NCBI RefSeq assembly: GCF_001194135.2 | Contig: NC_068990.1 | Span: 16,906,870-16,960,607, forward strand | From: Octopus bimaculoides | Lineage: Eukaryota | DNA: 53,738 nucleotides | Direction of reading: 5' to 3' | In this document: one piece after another, positions 11,644 through 25,398 of the stretch | How the letters are laid out: every line of letters starts with the position of its first letter | Numbering within the stretch: position 1 is the stretch's first letter | Notes under the pieces: generated by a model | What the model was told of the DNA's origin: nothing | Seen by the model: only the letters and a program-made list of their open reading frames with translations | The model's database searches: none | Made by a program: the position numbers and the translations under genes

Positions 11644-14361
11644 CAAGCCTTAATTGTGTTTATCTACCTCACTATCTCTATATCAGATTGATTTGAATTT
11701 TCTCTTATAGTTACTCTTGATGTTGTGGGCCTCACCCTGGATGAAAAATTTAGAGTTTAAGCTCAGATTCATTTGAGCACTACCATGTGTTTTCTATACT
11801 GAGCTAATCTAGCTCTTAACTTGTGTGCATCTGTTTGTGTGTGCACGCATGCGCGTGTGTGTATATGTGTATTGACAGACAAACAGACAGATATTGTGCA
11901 TTAATATGGGATAACTTGCAGATAGTTTCCTGATGTCTCCCTAATATATTTGCATGATATTTCCATCTATTTACATAGCATACAGTCATTTTATAAAATG
12001 CTGTTAAAGTCTATTGCATAACATTTAGCAAACCATGTTCCACAATCCCATTACAAACCGCTAATTATGCCTCACACCATTATTGTGTAATTAACATCAT
12101 TAGACAGAGTAATAATGGGTTTAGATAATATAAATAAATCACTGCATTACTTATTCAGAGATGTTATCTACACAAAAAAAATATTAGTTACAACATTTCT
12201 CCTATGGTAAATTTCAAAAGTTTCCCCTTGTGCCCTAGAAAACAAAGACTGTGCTTTTCTTTAACCAACCAATTTTAACTCTTGAGATGAGCTCATTGTT
12301 ATTCAGTGTTTTAATGTCCTTTTTTTCTGCTTGCATGGGTCAGACAGAATTCAATGAGGCAAATTGTCTTAATGCTCTTCCAAATGTCAACCCTCTCCTG
12401 TCTCCAACAGAATAATATTTCCCCCATGGCTGTACATGATTTCATGGAAGATTGGAAATAAACAACACTGCTTGTATGACAGGGATGTTCACAAACAGCT
12501 TTTGTGTGATGTCAAGATAATGAAACTCCGACATACATAAATACACACAAGCATGCATGTACACACACATCATAATCATAGCTTTAATATTCCATGCTAT
12601 CATGGGAGTGCCATAATCTCAAGAGCAAACAAAAGATCAATGATCCCCAAGTTGTCCAACGTCAATCCCTGCATATCCAGTTTTATATCAGAGTGACCTT
12701 ATCCTAGAGACATGCTTTAACACAAGCTAAGGGGTGTCTCACTCCCAGTGTTCTTCAAGCATGCTGGACACCAACCCAGAATTTCTGAGGGCCTGTGTTA
12801 AAGGCTTATCCATGCTTTTGACTGGTCTTTTTTTAAGTCCTGCTGGGTTTCTAGCAACCCTCCTCAAAAGACAAGCATAGTGAGAGTGCCAGTTTAGTTG
12901 GCAGCAAACTGACCATGCAACAGGTTGTGCATGTGTGCATGCAGATATATACATACATGTTGATGGGCTACTTTTTGTTTCTGCCTACTAAATCCTCTGA
13001 CAAGGTTTTGGTCAGCCCAGAGCTATGATAGAAGATGCTTACCATGTAGTGGACTAAACATGAAACCATATTATTTGGAAGTGAACTCCTTAACCATGTA
13101 ACCATGTGTGTGCTTAAGCCATGCCTGCCTCTAGTATCTCTGCTGGATTTACCATGTCTTCATAATGCAGAACTAATAGAAAATAGTGCTGACCAGAACT
13201 GATCAACAGAATCTATATGTCATTAAGCCTCTAACGAAATATTTTGGTGAAGTATGCTTAAGTGCTAGATTTTTTTTTCATGTTTATTAAATATTTTTTT
13301 TACCAAATTTTTCAAATCAAAATCAAGGTACATCTTCGACAATGGGAAATACAATAATTTGTTGTTGATGGACTTAACTCAGTGAGAATCAAATAATTAT
13401 GACATGTTTAAGCAGTGAGGAAAAGATAGCATTAACCCAATGAGTAATATCATCTTGATCGTGATAAATATGGGAAATAACTCTAGACATGTTTCTGACT
13501 TATATGACCTCCTCAGTGAAACATCTTTTACAGTACTTCTCAAAGTAGTGATGACTAAATAGATGTATAATAATGCTTATGATCAGTTTCAAAAAAATTG
13601 CATATTTACTGGCATAAATTGCTACAACTAATTACTTAGGGACTCCATTCATATGAAAAATAAGAGTTAAGTTTGTCTAAGTGTATTTAATCATTAAAAT
13701 TCTAATTAAAAGTACTTGCATGGTCAGGAAAACACAGTGTTAGCATTTCTGAAAGGATTAAAAATAATACCAGTCATTGGAGCTAAATTTGTGTTTTCCC
13801 TCACTCCATTAATACATTAACACTAATTAAGTAATGAGTTTAAATAATGTTTGCTAAGTAAATATTTACTGCTGGCTTTAATACTTGTGAGTTTATAATC
13901 ATAATAATTACAATGCTATGATTAAATAATTATAACTTTATAATTATAACATCATAATTATATGATGCATAATTTCTATAAAACATTACACACACACACA
14001 CATATATACACATGCACATAGCACTCTCTCTCTTACTCTCTCTCTCTCTCTCTCTCCGTCTTTCTCTCTCTCACTTTATCTCTCTCTGTCTCTCTGTATG
14101 TTATATATATCACATAAAAAGATATATTTTTATCTTTTACTTTTTTCAGTCATTAGACTGCAGCCATGCCGGAGCAACGCTTTGAAGAATATTTTAGTCA
14201 CATGAATCAACCCCAGTACGTTTTGTTTCTTTTTTAAAGTCTAGTACTTATTCTACTGATCTCTTTTGCCAGGCTGCTAAGTTAAGAGAACATAAACACA
14301 CCAACACCAGCTGTGAAGTAGTGGTGAGGGACAAACATAGACAAACACACACACATATATA

Positions 14362-14675
14362 GAAGGTGCGTGGCTTAGGGCATTTGGCTCACAATTGTTT
14401 GGTCATAAGTTCAATTCCCAGCAATGTGTTGTGTCCTTGAGCAAGACACTTTACTTCACATTGCTCCAGTTCACTCAGCTGGCAAAAATGAGTTGTACCT
14501 ATATTTCAAAGGGCCAGCCTTGTCACACTCTGTGTCACGCTGAATCTCCCTGAGAACTACGTTAAGGGTACACATGCCTGTGGAATGCTCATCCACTTGC
14601 ACATTAATTTCATGAGCAGGCTATTCTGTTGATCGGATCGACTGGAACCCTCATTGTTGTAACCAACGGAGTGCT
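14362..14675 (+). mobile_element. tRNA-headed CORE-like SINE family B, full copy
   Basis: gcgtggcttag...agttcaattcc (B box)...gtgtccttgagcaagacactttacttcacattgctccag, which resembles the CORE domain start ccttgggcaag. Partial copies at about 2615, 19545, 21415 and 46165. Confidence 0.8.
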
Positions 14676-14859
14676 TGGCGACATATATATCATATATATA
14701 TGTTGATATTGAGTAACAAAGTCTTTTCCTCCTCCATTTTCTAGAGAGGCCATACACCTAGGGTCTGAAGAAATGCAGTAAAACTAAGTGCTTTATGGAT
14801 GTGAAACCCAAGGTAACCCCATAGACCAGCCATATCTATCTTCATCTCTCTCTCTATAT

Positions 14860-14918
14860 ATATCGGACTCAGAATCTTGGGGTTAGTAGCCCGCACTCTT
14901 AACCACTACACCATATGC

Positions 14919-14920
<2 letters not shown>
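14860..14920 (-). mobile_element. Truncated tRNA-like head of family E
   Basis: gggcatatggtgtagtggttaagagtgcgggctactaaccccaagattctgagtccgat, closely matching the head at 50341-50415. Confidence 0.7.
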
Positions 14921-14957
<37 letters not shown>

Positions 14958-15389
14958 ATGCACAAAACAAAGTGTGATAATATAACATAATGACTGAGGG
15001 AAAATTTACCCAGGGACACTATCAGCATGGAAAATGATTAGTAAAGCAAGCACTGGTGTACTTAATGCAACAAGCAAGATATATAAACAGTTTGATTGAG
15101 GGACCTTGTACTGTGTCAGCTATATTGAAACTGAATGAAACCCATCTAGGTTAAAATAACAGCCATATCAGTATAATCTCAGTAGGGGTTATAATCCCAG
15201 ATCTACTCAACAACCAGGCTACTAATGCACTATTATGTGTAATTCATTAATTAATTATATGGTTTCAGTTAATTACTAATTAAACATCTGTTCTGATACA
15301 GAATTAGTTAATCTAAATAAGTAATATACTATTAATATTTGGTTAAGTAAATTTTGCTTTTATGATGCATATATTATACATTAGCTGTA

Positions 15390-15626
15390 GACATAGCTGT
15401 GTGGTAAAGAAGTTTGTTTCTCAATGACATGGTTGTGGGTTCAGTCCTACAGCTGTGCATGGAATCTTGGGTAAGTGTTTTCGCTTATAGACTTGGCTTA
15501 ATCTACTCCTTGTGAGTGGATTTGGTAACTGGAAACTAAAGGAAGATTGTTGTGTGTGTGTGTGTGTGTGTGTGTGATAGATAGATACAGAGAGAGAGAG
15601 AGAGAAAGAGAGAGAATGCATGTGTG

Positions 15627-15663
<37 letters not shown>

Positions 15664-16160
15664 GAGAGAGAAAGTAAAAGAGTGTGTGTGTATGCATGTG
15701 TATATGCATGTGTGTATGCATGTGTGTATGTGTGTGTGAGATAGATAGAGAGAATGCATTATGAGTGTGTATGTGAGAGAAAGAGAGAGTGTGTGAGAGA
15801 AAAGAGAGAGAGAGTGTGTGTGTGAGAGAGAGAAAGAGAGTGCGTGAGAAAGATAAAGAGAGAGTGTGTGAGAAAGAGAGAGTGAGTGTGTGAAAAAAAA
15901 AGAGAGAGAGAGAGTGTGTGTGTGTTCATATCATCTTGTCTTGACATAATGCAATAGTTGTAAATGAGTGCCACTGTCATACAAGCAGTGTCCTTCATTT
16001 CCAATCTTCTGAGTCTGGCCATTGGAAAATATTAAATTGCTTAGAAACAAGTGAGGGTTGGTGACAGGAAGAACATTTACTGCAGAAAATCTGCCTCAAT
16101 AAACGTTATCCAACCCAAACTAGCATGGGAAAATGGACAATAAAACAATGATGATAATGA
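15390..16160 (+). mobile_element. SINE family A head, 380-bp expanded TG/AG hinge, tail module F
   Basis: Head 15390-15545, compound microsatellite 15550-15925, F tail 15925-16160. Confidence 0.65.
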
Positions 16161-16789
16161 TGGTGGTGCTAACACTAAATTACAGTGATGAATATAACCA
16201 GATTATATACTTAAAATTAAGGAAACAGAAAAAAACAAATTTCAACGTTTTTTTGTTTGTAGACCCCCCCCCCCCCCACTGTTTCAGCTTTACTATCAAT
16301 AGCATCATAAATCCAGCACTGGAATATCTCTGTGGTGCTCCACTTTTCTTGGAGCCCTAAGCAAATGCTTATTTTATTTGATAGTTAATTCAAGCTGCTT
16401 CCAAAGTTGATAAAGTACATACCAGTTGATAGAATAAGCCCCGGAATGGATATATTCAACTATAGTCTAGAATTTGGTGTATCTTTGACAGGACACAGTA
16501 CTACAGCATGGCCACAGTCCAATGAAGAAAACAAAAGAAATATAGTAAAACAAGTTAATTCATATCATCTACTTTTCCCTGCTTTGCATGTTCAGGTGGA
16601 TTTTGTTAAGGTAGGTCATTTTTATGGCTGGATGCCCTTCCTGCTAGCCCTCACCTGCTTCAAAGCAAGGTAACATTTCCATATGGACAGCCACACTTTT
16701 TATGAGAGACAGGAAACAAACAAAACATTATTTGTATGATTGTGACTCGGTGACTCGTTGACAAGACTCATGCAATGTTGAGACAAAAA

Positions 16790-17075
16790 TGCACAGGAGT
16801 GGATTTGGTAGAGAGAAACTGAAAGAAACCCATCGTATGTGCATGTGTGTGTGCGTGCGTGTGTGCCTGTGTCTGTATTTGTCCCCACCCTGCCACCACT
16901 CGAAAACTGGTGTTGGTGTGTTTATGTCCCTGTCACTTAGCAGTCTGGCAAAATAGACCAATAGAATAAGGTACCAGGCTTAAAAAAAAAATACTGGGGT
17001 TGATTCATTCACTCAAAATTCTTCAAGGCAGTACTCCAGCATGGCCACAGTCTAATGACTGAAACAAGTAAAAGA
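16790..17075 (+). mobile_element. SINE family A, 3' two-thirds; inverted head-only copy at about 17110-17262
   Basis: ggagtggatttggtagagagaaactgaaagaaaccc...gcatggccacagtctaatgactgaaacaagtaaaag. Confidence 0.75.
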
Positions 17076-17980
17076 TAAAAGACAAAATGTTTATATATAC
17101 AAAATAGGCTTCGTTTAGTTTCCATCTACCAAATCTATTCTCAAAGCTTTAGCCAACTCCAGGCTAGAGTAAGAAGACCTTTGTCCAAGATGCTGTGCAG
17201 CGGTATTGAACCCAAGACCACATGGTAGCGAAGCAAGCTTCTTAAGCACACAGCCATGCCTGAGGATCTCTTTCTGCTTACAGAAATTGATTTATGTTTT
17301 ATGAATGGTTTTCAATCAATTAAAAGTTGGCAAAATAAATCCATCACAACCNNNNNNNNNNNNNNNNNNNNNNNNNNNNNNNNNNNNNNNNNNNNNNNNN
17401 NNNNNNNNNNNNNNNNNNNNNNNNNNNNNNNNNNNNNNNNNNNNNNNNNNNNNNNNNNNNNNNNNNNNNNNNNNNNNNNNNNNNNNNNNNNNNNNNNNNN
17501 NNNNNNNNNNNNNNNNNNNNNNNNNNNNNNNNNNNNNNNNNNNNNNNNNNNNNNNNNNNNNNNNNNNNNNNNNNNNNNNNNNNNNNNNNNNNNNNNNNNN
17601 NNNNNNNNNNNNNNNNNNNNNNNNNNNNNNNNNNNNNNNNNNNNNNNNNNNNNNNNNNNNNNNNNNNNNNNNNNNNNNNNNNNNNNNNNNNNNNNNNNNN
17701 NNNNNNNNNNNNNNNNNNNNNNNNNNNNNNNNNNNNNNNNNNNNNNNNNNNNNNNNNNNNNNNNNNNNNNNNNNNNNNNNNNNNNNNNNNNNNNNNNNNN
17801 NNNNNNNNNNNNNNNNNNNNNNNNNNNNNNNNNNNNNNNNNNNNNNNNNNNNNNNNNNNNNNNNNNNNNNNNNNNNNNNNNNNNNNNNNNNNNNNNNNNN
17901 NNNNNNNNNNNNNNNNNNNNNNNNNNNNNNNNNNNNNNNNNNNNNNNNNNNNNNNNNNNNNNNNNNNNNNNNNNNNNNNN

Positions 17981-18055
<75 letters not shown>

Positions 18056-18821
18056 TGGGTTTTGGAATGAGAGAGCAACATATGAGACTGTATAAGAATT
18101 AATGTGTATGTGTATGTGAGTTTGTGTGTTTGTGTATGTGTGTGTGAATAATAGAAAGACAGTGAGAAGAGGAGAAAGAGAAGCAAATAAAAGGCAGAAA
18201 GAGAAAAGAAAGAAAACAGAAAAGAACGGAGGAAAGAAACAAAGAAAAGAAAGAGAATCTAGTGACTAGAAATGGCTAAAGTCTAACTAATAGTAGCAGA
18301 GATTAATGTAAAATTCCAGACACAAAAGATATCTATGTACATAGGTATGCGTGTGTAAGTGTGTTTGACTGTGTCTATGTGTGTATATATGTGTATAAGT
18401 GAGTGTGTGTATCTATGCCCATATATTTCCTGTTTCATACACAATCTCACCAGCGACGGCATCAGACCCTACCTCCATCTTTCAAGTTTATGAGGAGAGT
18501 CTGATTGTCATTTGAAACAGAATATCTCTCCAAGAATCATTCAGAGAATTGTTTCATTCAGTTCTTGTGATTCATTCTGCTTACAGCTGGAATTGATTGG
18601 AATGTTGAGTGTTGGAGTGGGGAGGGGCAATGGAAGTATTAATGGTCAGCGTTAGGGTGGGAAGATTAGGGTATGGGGGTATTGTTTGGAGAGGGATTGT
18701 CCATGATTAAGAATAATTAACCTCCTTTCTTACCCCCATGTTGAGTTTGACTTTGCCTTTCATCCTTGAGCTATCAATAGAATAAGTAGCAGCTAAGTAA
18801 TGAGGTCAATGAACCCAATAC

Positions 18822-18972
18822 ATCATCATCATCATCGTTTAACGTCCGTTTTCCATGCTGGCATGGGTTGGACGGTTCGAATGGGGTCTGGGAAGCCAGG
18901 AGGCTGCACCAGGCCCCAATCTGATCTGGCAGTGTTTCTACAGCTGGATGCCCTTCTTAATGCCAACCACTC
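18822..18972 (-). mobile_element. Short RTE 3'-end copy with (GAT)n tail
   Basis: Related to the RTE 3' end at 33394-33617 (ggcattaagaagggcatccagctgtagaaac...catggaaaacggacgttaaacgatgatg). Others near 23490, 29430, 36080, 47845, 48905 and 49490. Confidence 0.75.
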
Positions 18973-18977
18973 CTTTT

Positions 18978-19490
18978 ACTAAAATCGTTGACCCTACTTT
19001 TGCCTATATCATACTGGGGCAAATAATACTTTTCAGTTCTCCAGGATGTATCAACTCTAGGGTTGTAAACTATCAGGATCATGTACACAACCCCATTCTT
19101 CCACTAAAACCCTTGACCCTGTTGTTGCCTATATCATGCAGGAGTAAACTTTTCTTTTCATCTTTCTGGGGTCGATCAAATTAGACAAATAAAATACTAG
19201 CATCATATTCTCAACTATATCCTTCCACAAAAATGATTGGCCCTTGCTTTTGCCTACACCATGCAAAGCAGACTTTTGTCCTTCATCTTTCTAGGGTTGT
19301 TCAAATAACACTAATTAAACACACTAGTAAAATCCTGGAATCAATTTACATGACTAAGACCATCTATTTAAATTGTTAGCCCTGCCTTTGCCAATATCAT
19401 TCAGAGGATAATTTTGCTTTTTATCTTTCCCGGACAGATCAAATAACATCAGTAAAATACTGGGATCAATATATTTGACTATTTGTGACC
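18978..19490. repeat. Degenerate tandem array, 4 units of about 125-140 bp
   Basis: Units start at 18978, 19103, 19227 and 19366 with an aaaa(t)...ccct...ttgcc(t/a)a(t/c)a(t/c)cat motif. Confidence 0.65.
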
Positions 19491-19771
19491 TTGTTCCAAA
19501 ATTGTGTGTGAGGTTAGTGGTGAACAAGAGTGACACCATTCTCTGGGAGATTCTCAATGTCAATGGTGAAATGAGTTGTACCTGTAATTCAAAGGGCCAG
19601 CCTTGTCACATTCTGTGTCACACTGAATCTCACCAAGAACTACGTTTAGGGTATGCATGTCTGTGGAGTACTCAGCCACTTGCATGTTAATTTCATAAGC
19701 AATTGTTCCATTGATTTGATAAACTGGAACACTCACCATCATAACCAATGGAGTGCCAGTGGGGTATAGGA

Positions 19772-20010
19772 GCTAAACATTTGGCTGCTATTTCTAGTAA
19801 ACAAAACAAGTACATGAAGGCTACCTTGTTTGTGAGTTTAGTTTATTGTTTTATACAATGGTACGTAGTGGCTGATATCATGTGCTAAACATTTGTCTGC
19901 TATTTCTAGCAGATGGAGCAACCATGTGTAAGCTACCTTGTTAGCTTGTTTAGTTCAATGTTTTTATGCAAAGGAGAGCAGTGGCTGATATTATGTGTTA
20001 AATATCTGCA
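19772..20010. repeat. Degenerate tandem duplication, about 112-bp unit, 2+ copies
   Basis: gctaaacatttg(g/t)ctgctatttctag...gctaccttgtt...gtggctgata at 19772 and 19884, with a partial third unit at 19997. Confidence 0.75.
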
Positions 20011-20159
20011 AATAACTCTTGAAAGATTAGACATTTTCATAAACAAAACATGCTAAGTGAGGCTTAATGGAGTCTATACATTGTCTAGACGATAAAGTCA
20101 TGTCTTCTTTGTCTTTATTGCTTTCTATCTCCATACTACTTTACATGGTAAACTATGTT

Positions 20160-20321
20160 GTAGTGTAGGAGGAGGAGTGGGAGGAGGAGGAGGAGGAGGA
20201 AGAAGAAGAAGAAGAAGAAGAAATAAGAAGGAATAATAATAATAATAATAATAATAAGAAGAAGAAGAAGAAGAAGACGAATGAGGAATAAGAAGAATGA
20301 GGAAGAAGAAGAAATAAGAAG

Positions 20322-20385
<64 letters not shown>

Positions 20386-20617
20386 AAGAAGAATGAGGAA
20401 TAAGAAGAAGAAGAAGAAAAATAAATAAGAAGGAATAATAATAATAACAATAATAACAATAAGAAGAAGAAGAAGAAGAAGAATGAGGAATAAGAAGAAT
20501 GAGGAAGAATAAGAAGAAATAAGAAGGAATAATAATAATAATAATAATAATAATAAGAAGAAGAAGAAGAAGAATGAGGAATAAGAAGAATGAGGAAGAA
20601 TAAGAAGAAATAAGAAG

Positions 20618-20662
<45 letters not shown>

Positions 20663-20705
20663 GAAGAAGAAGAAGAAGAAGAAGAAGAATGAGGAATAAG
20701 AACAC
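20160..20705. repeat. Higher-order compound (GAA)n/(TAA)n repeat
   Basis: The anchor aaataagaaggaa(taa)n(gaa)n recurs at about 20221, 20312, 20423, 20517 and 20608. Confidence 0.9.
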
Positions 20706-22607
20706 TAGCAGGAAGAACAATAACAAGCAAAAAATAAAACAAAGCAAATGGTTAATACAAGAATAAAAACAAAGAATTCCTCAAAGAAATAAGATAAAAG
20801 AAAAAAAAAAAAANNNNNNNNNNAAAAAAAAAAAAAAAAAAAAAGAGCAGGAATAAAAGAAATAAGAGTGGGTGGGAAGAAATGGATTGAAATAAAAACA
20901 ACTTTTAATTCAAAGTTAAGTCATTATATTGTGAAAGGGAGTCTGCAATTGTAGACTGTCTATTAATCTGGCACCACCAGCAGGCAAAGAATTGTCCCCA
21001 GCTGGATGATGGCATTACAAAAAACTATACTGCAATATTACATAAGATATATTGTTTTAAATGTCCCTCAATAAACCTATTTTGAAAGAATATTAAAGCC
21101 TTGTGAGTGGGTTTGGTAGACACAAACTGAAAGTAGCTCATTTTGTATGTGTATGTGTGTGTGTATGTGTGTGTGCGTGTGCGTGAGGTTATACATATAT
21201 AGATCAAGCATGGCTATGTGGTAAGAAGTTTGCTTCCCAACTGTATGGTTCCGGGTTCAGTCCCATTGCGTGGTACCTTGAGCAAGTGTCTGATACAATA
21301 GCCTCAGGCTGACTGAAGACTTGTGAGTCGATTTGGCAGATAGAAACTGAAAGAAGCTTGTTGTGTGTATGTGTGTGTGTGCACGTGCATGTGTGTGGAT
21401 GCGCATGTGTGTTAGCACAGTGGCCTAGTGGTTAGGGTGTTACATGCACAATTGCAAGATTGTGGTTTCAATTCTCAGACTGGCAGTGTGTTTTGTTCTT
21501 GAGCAAAAAACTATATTTCCCACTGCTAGCTGTAAAGGGGTAGCCTTGTAATGGATTGCTGTTTCATTCAAGGGGATTGTTGGCCTGCCTGCCTGCCTAA
21601 CCAGCAGGATGGCATCAATTCAAAGCTTGAACTGACAATGTGCAATTGTGACCACTGGTGTATAACAACATCCAATAATCTGGTTGATACAGTTGTGTGC
21701 GTACGTGTGTGTCTTGTCTCAACATTATGTGATGATCGCAAACAAGCATCACTGTCACACAGGCCATGTTGGTTCCAGTCTTTTGGGAAGAACATTGCTT
21801 GCAAACAGATGAGTGTTGGTCCCACAAAAGGGATCCAGTTGTAGAAAATCTACCAAACAAATTCCATCTGACCCATGTAAGCATGGAAAAGTAGATGTTA
21901 AAACAATGATGACGATGAACACCAATCTCACTTCTTTGGTTAGGAAAACCATTGAAACTGTGTGGAAGCCCATTGTGTATGTGTCTGTATGTTTGTCCCC
22001 AGCCCCACTTGACAATTGGTGTAGGTTTGTTTACATCTCTGTCACTTAGTGGTTCAGCAAATGAGAACTGATAGAATAAGTACCGAACTTAAAGATAAAT
22101 ACTGGGGTTGATTTGTTTGACTAAACCTTTCAAGGTGGTGCCCCAGCATGGCCACAATCCAATGATTAAAACAAGTAAAAGATAAATGATATGTCTATGA
22201 ACAAGACACCTAGTGTATCTTATTCTTAGATATATCTACATTAGCACCAGGCTGGATTTGAACACCAGGCATTATTTCATGGGCATAAGGCCACACATTT
22301 TGGAGAAAGTGTATATTTAATTACATAAACTCCAGCATGGAGCTGGTTCTTTTTATTTTGTGAGCCCAGTGTGTATGTGTGTGTGTGTGTGTGTGAGGGG
22401 GTTATACGTAGGGAGATGAAACTAAATAACACATAGCTTCACAGCAGATGCTCTGCCAACTCCGTCAGTAACCCAAATGGAAGATGTAACTATTTAAAAT
22501 TCAGTCATCTTTAAAAGATGTGATAAATTTGTATAATACACACACACACACACANNNNNNNNNNNNNNNNNNNNNNNNNNNNNNNNNNNNNNNNNNNNNN
22601 NNNNNNN

Positions 22608-22643
<36 letters not shown>

Positions 22644-24159
22644 TATATAAATATAATGATAAAAAATATATAAACATAATGATAAAAAAATTATAATCAT
22701 ATATTATTTAATTATATAATTATAACCATATATGACTATGTAACTATAGCCATATGTTTGATCAGAAATAATCTGCGGCTAAATAACAACAACAACAATA
22801 ATATTAGATCTCTTCAGAAGATGGGAAAGAAAGATTGCGAGTTGCAATGCACATGGTTTTTGCAAGAAACAGATGTAACAGATTTGAGTCGCTCCAGGCT
22901 CTCACATTTTCCACCCCACCCTCCACTTTCTCATCTCTCCACTGTTTGTATTTGACTGTTTCACTTTGTTTAAAACATAAACATCGACTCAGTTATTTCA
23001 GTTGTAGCTCTAAAGCTCTATTTATCTATCTACATTTGCCCACATCTGTCTTGGTTTGTAAATATCTTCTTGTACCATCCCACTTGGACGTTACACTGAC
23101 ACAGATTAGTGACAAGATAAATTCTCTAACTTTTCGAATGGTGATAAGAAAGAAACATATGGCCAGGTATTGGACAAGCACCTGACAGGTCAGTGGTTCA
23201 TATCTTATCAACTAGCACTGTATTCTGTCCATGGGCCAAGCTGCGTAGTTTTTGATAGCCTGATATAATCTGTAATAGTTCTCAACTGTTCAAACTCTAA
23301 GAAAGAAATTTGAAAATTTCCCAAAAGTGCATAAAGAACATATAGTTAAATACAAGCCAACATATTTAATGTAGTTGGCCCCAAATAAGTTTTAAACAGT
23401 TGAAATTTAACCTATAATAATTAGAAAAGTTATTTATATTAATGGTAATTTTTTTTTTCAAGAAAGCAAGGGAAAGAACTCATCATCATCTTTTTATGTC
23501 CAGCTTCCATACCGATATGAGTCGGACAGCTTGACAGGGTTTGAGGATTGTATCATACTCTGATGTCTGTTTTGGCATATTACAATGTTATTATCAGTCT
23601 GAATATGCTTGATGCATGTTTGAACTGCAAAACAAGCTACTCATTGCATTTTGTCACAGAGAATATATCTTGCTTGTTGACAAATAGTGTGTATACTCCT
23701 AGATCAGCTAACAGCACCCCCTACCTTGACTGTGAGATGCTAGCATTTTGGAGTAGTTATCTCCTCATTGATCACAGGCACCAGGCAGACGACACTATGA
23801 GCTGATTGAAGAGATTGCCTCTCTTATGCTTTTCCAGTCACCGTACAGTGAGTGGTAGTGCTATATGGCAGCTCACCATATTTTGGCATAGTTTCTATGG
23901 TTGGATGCCTTTCCTAATCTCAACCATCTCACAGAGTGAACTGGGTTCTTTTTTCGGAGGTCACCATGCAGCTTTAACTAAGTGCAGAAGAGGGATTAAA
24001 GTATGAAAGAAGAAACCAGAACCGAACAGGTTTCTTGCTGCTGAGGAGCAACATGATTACTCACATTATAGCAAAAAACACTCTGAAATTTAAATTGATT
24101 AAAAATTAGATGGAAGATATGCAGTGGAGAGGTTTCCCTTGTTGGTTCATGAGTCTTTC

Positions 24160-24440
24160 ATTAAAGCAGAAGATGTGAATGCAATTTCTTCAGAGGTCTA
24201 AGTCTGACCAGAAAAGAAGCAATGCTGAGTTACATGACTCAAACATGAGAATGGAAGAAGTTGTTATTAGGGTATATATAAATATAAAGGTACTTTTAAG
24301 ATATGATGATTACTAGGTTTGTTTGGATTTTGTTGATTAGCTAGAGATGTAGAGAAAAATCATCTGAAGTCATGGTTTAACTGTTCTGGTGTTACGGTAG
24401 ACTGGAAATATCTGTGAAGTGTGACAGAAGGACATTTGTG
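24160..24440 (+). mobile_element. Very old RTE-like LINE fragment
   Basis: Frameshifted remnants resembling EMxFLR...KRNxEL...EKxxLKW of the RTE C-terminal domain. Confidence 0.35.
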
Positions 24441-24793
24441 TGTGATGGAAGATAAGGTTTATGGTTGATAAGTGAAGCATGTGCTAAATTAGTTTATATT
24501 AGAAAGTAGGAATCTGTGTTCTTGTTGTGAGTGTTGTGTGTAGGGGTGACTGACGCACAGACATGACAGTGAGTGTTGTATGTAGGGATGATTGGGGCTC
24601 AAGCATGACTATGAGGTAAAGAGGTTTACCTTGGACAAGTGTCTTCTACTACAGCGCAAGGCCAACCAAAGCCTTGCAAGTGGATTGGGCCAACAGAAAC
24701 TGAAAGAAGTTCATCATGCATGTGTGTGTGTGTGTGTGTGTGTGAGTGTGTGCGTGTGTGTGTGTGTGTGCGCGTGTGCGTGTGTGTGTGTGT

Positions 24794-25120
24794 AAAGTAA
24801 AAGACCCTTTTTCGTCATGAATGACCATTGGATTACATGTAGAAAGTTACCCTCCAAGGCACAAGTCCAGGCAAGGTTGTTTATGGAAGGCCAGCAGTCG
24901 CCCATGCATATCAGCCTCCCCTCTCCATGCCACTGATGTTATCCAAGGGAAACACAAAGACCAATACAGCTTTGGTACTAATGACATTGCAAATCATTTC
25001 TACAGTTGAGTGAACTGGAGCAATGTGAAATAAAGTGTCTTGCTCAAGAATACAACACACAACCCAGTCTGGGAACCAAACTCACAACCTCATCATTGTG
25101 AGCCTGACACTCTAACTACT
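24794..25120 (-). mobile_element. tRNA-headed CORE-like SINE family C (family B head and core, different tail)
   Basis: Shares gtgtattcttgagcaagacactttatttcacattgctccagttcactca with family B but ends cattcatgacgaaaaagggtcttttacttta. A second copy lies at 29604-29876. Confidence 0.75.
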
Positions 25121-25163
25121 CACACACACACACACACACACTCTCCCACTCTCAATGGTTTCT

Positions 25164-25398
25164 TATTTCTTTATTGCCCATAAGGAGCTAAACATAGAGG
25201 GGACAAACAAGGACAGACAAAGGGATTTAAGTCGATTACATCGACCCCAGTGCATAACTGATACTTAATTTATCGACCCTGAAAGGATGAAAGGCAAAGT
25301 TGACCTCGGTGGAATTTGAACTCAGAATGTAATGGCAGACGAAATACCGCTAAGCATTTTGCCCTGGCGTGCTAACGTTTCCGCCAGCTCACCGCCTT
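25164..25398 (-). mobile_element. Nin/Deu-domain-like SINE family D, full and CpG-rich
   Basis: aaggcggtgagctggcgg...gagttcaaattcc (B box)...caactttgcctttcatcctttcagggtcgataaattaagtatcag, resembling the Deu/Nin motif gccttccatcctt..ggtcggtaaa. Others at about 3695, 32366, 34005, 40720 and 47250. Confidence 0.8.

Noticed and set aside
13600-13960. AT-rich stretch with many TAAT/ATTA motifs as a possible enhancer
   Set aside because: Expected at this AT content; cannot be supported without conservation or chromatin data.
15010-15145. Minus-strand SFNIADTVQGPS, resembling the integrin N-terminal FNLD...GP
   Set aside because: Spacing is wrong, there is no SxFGYS motif, the frame hits a stop before the donor, and it lies between two later exons.
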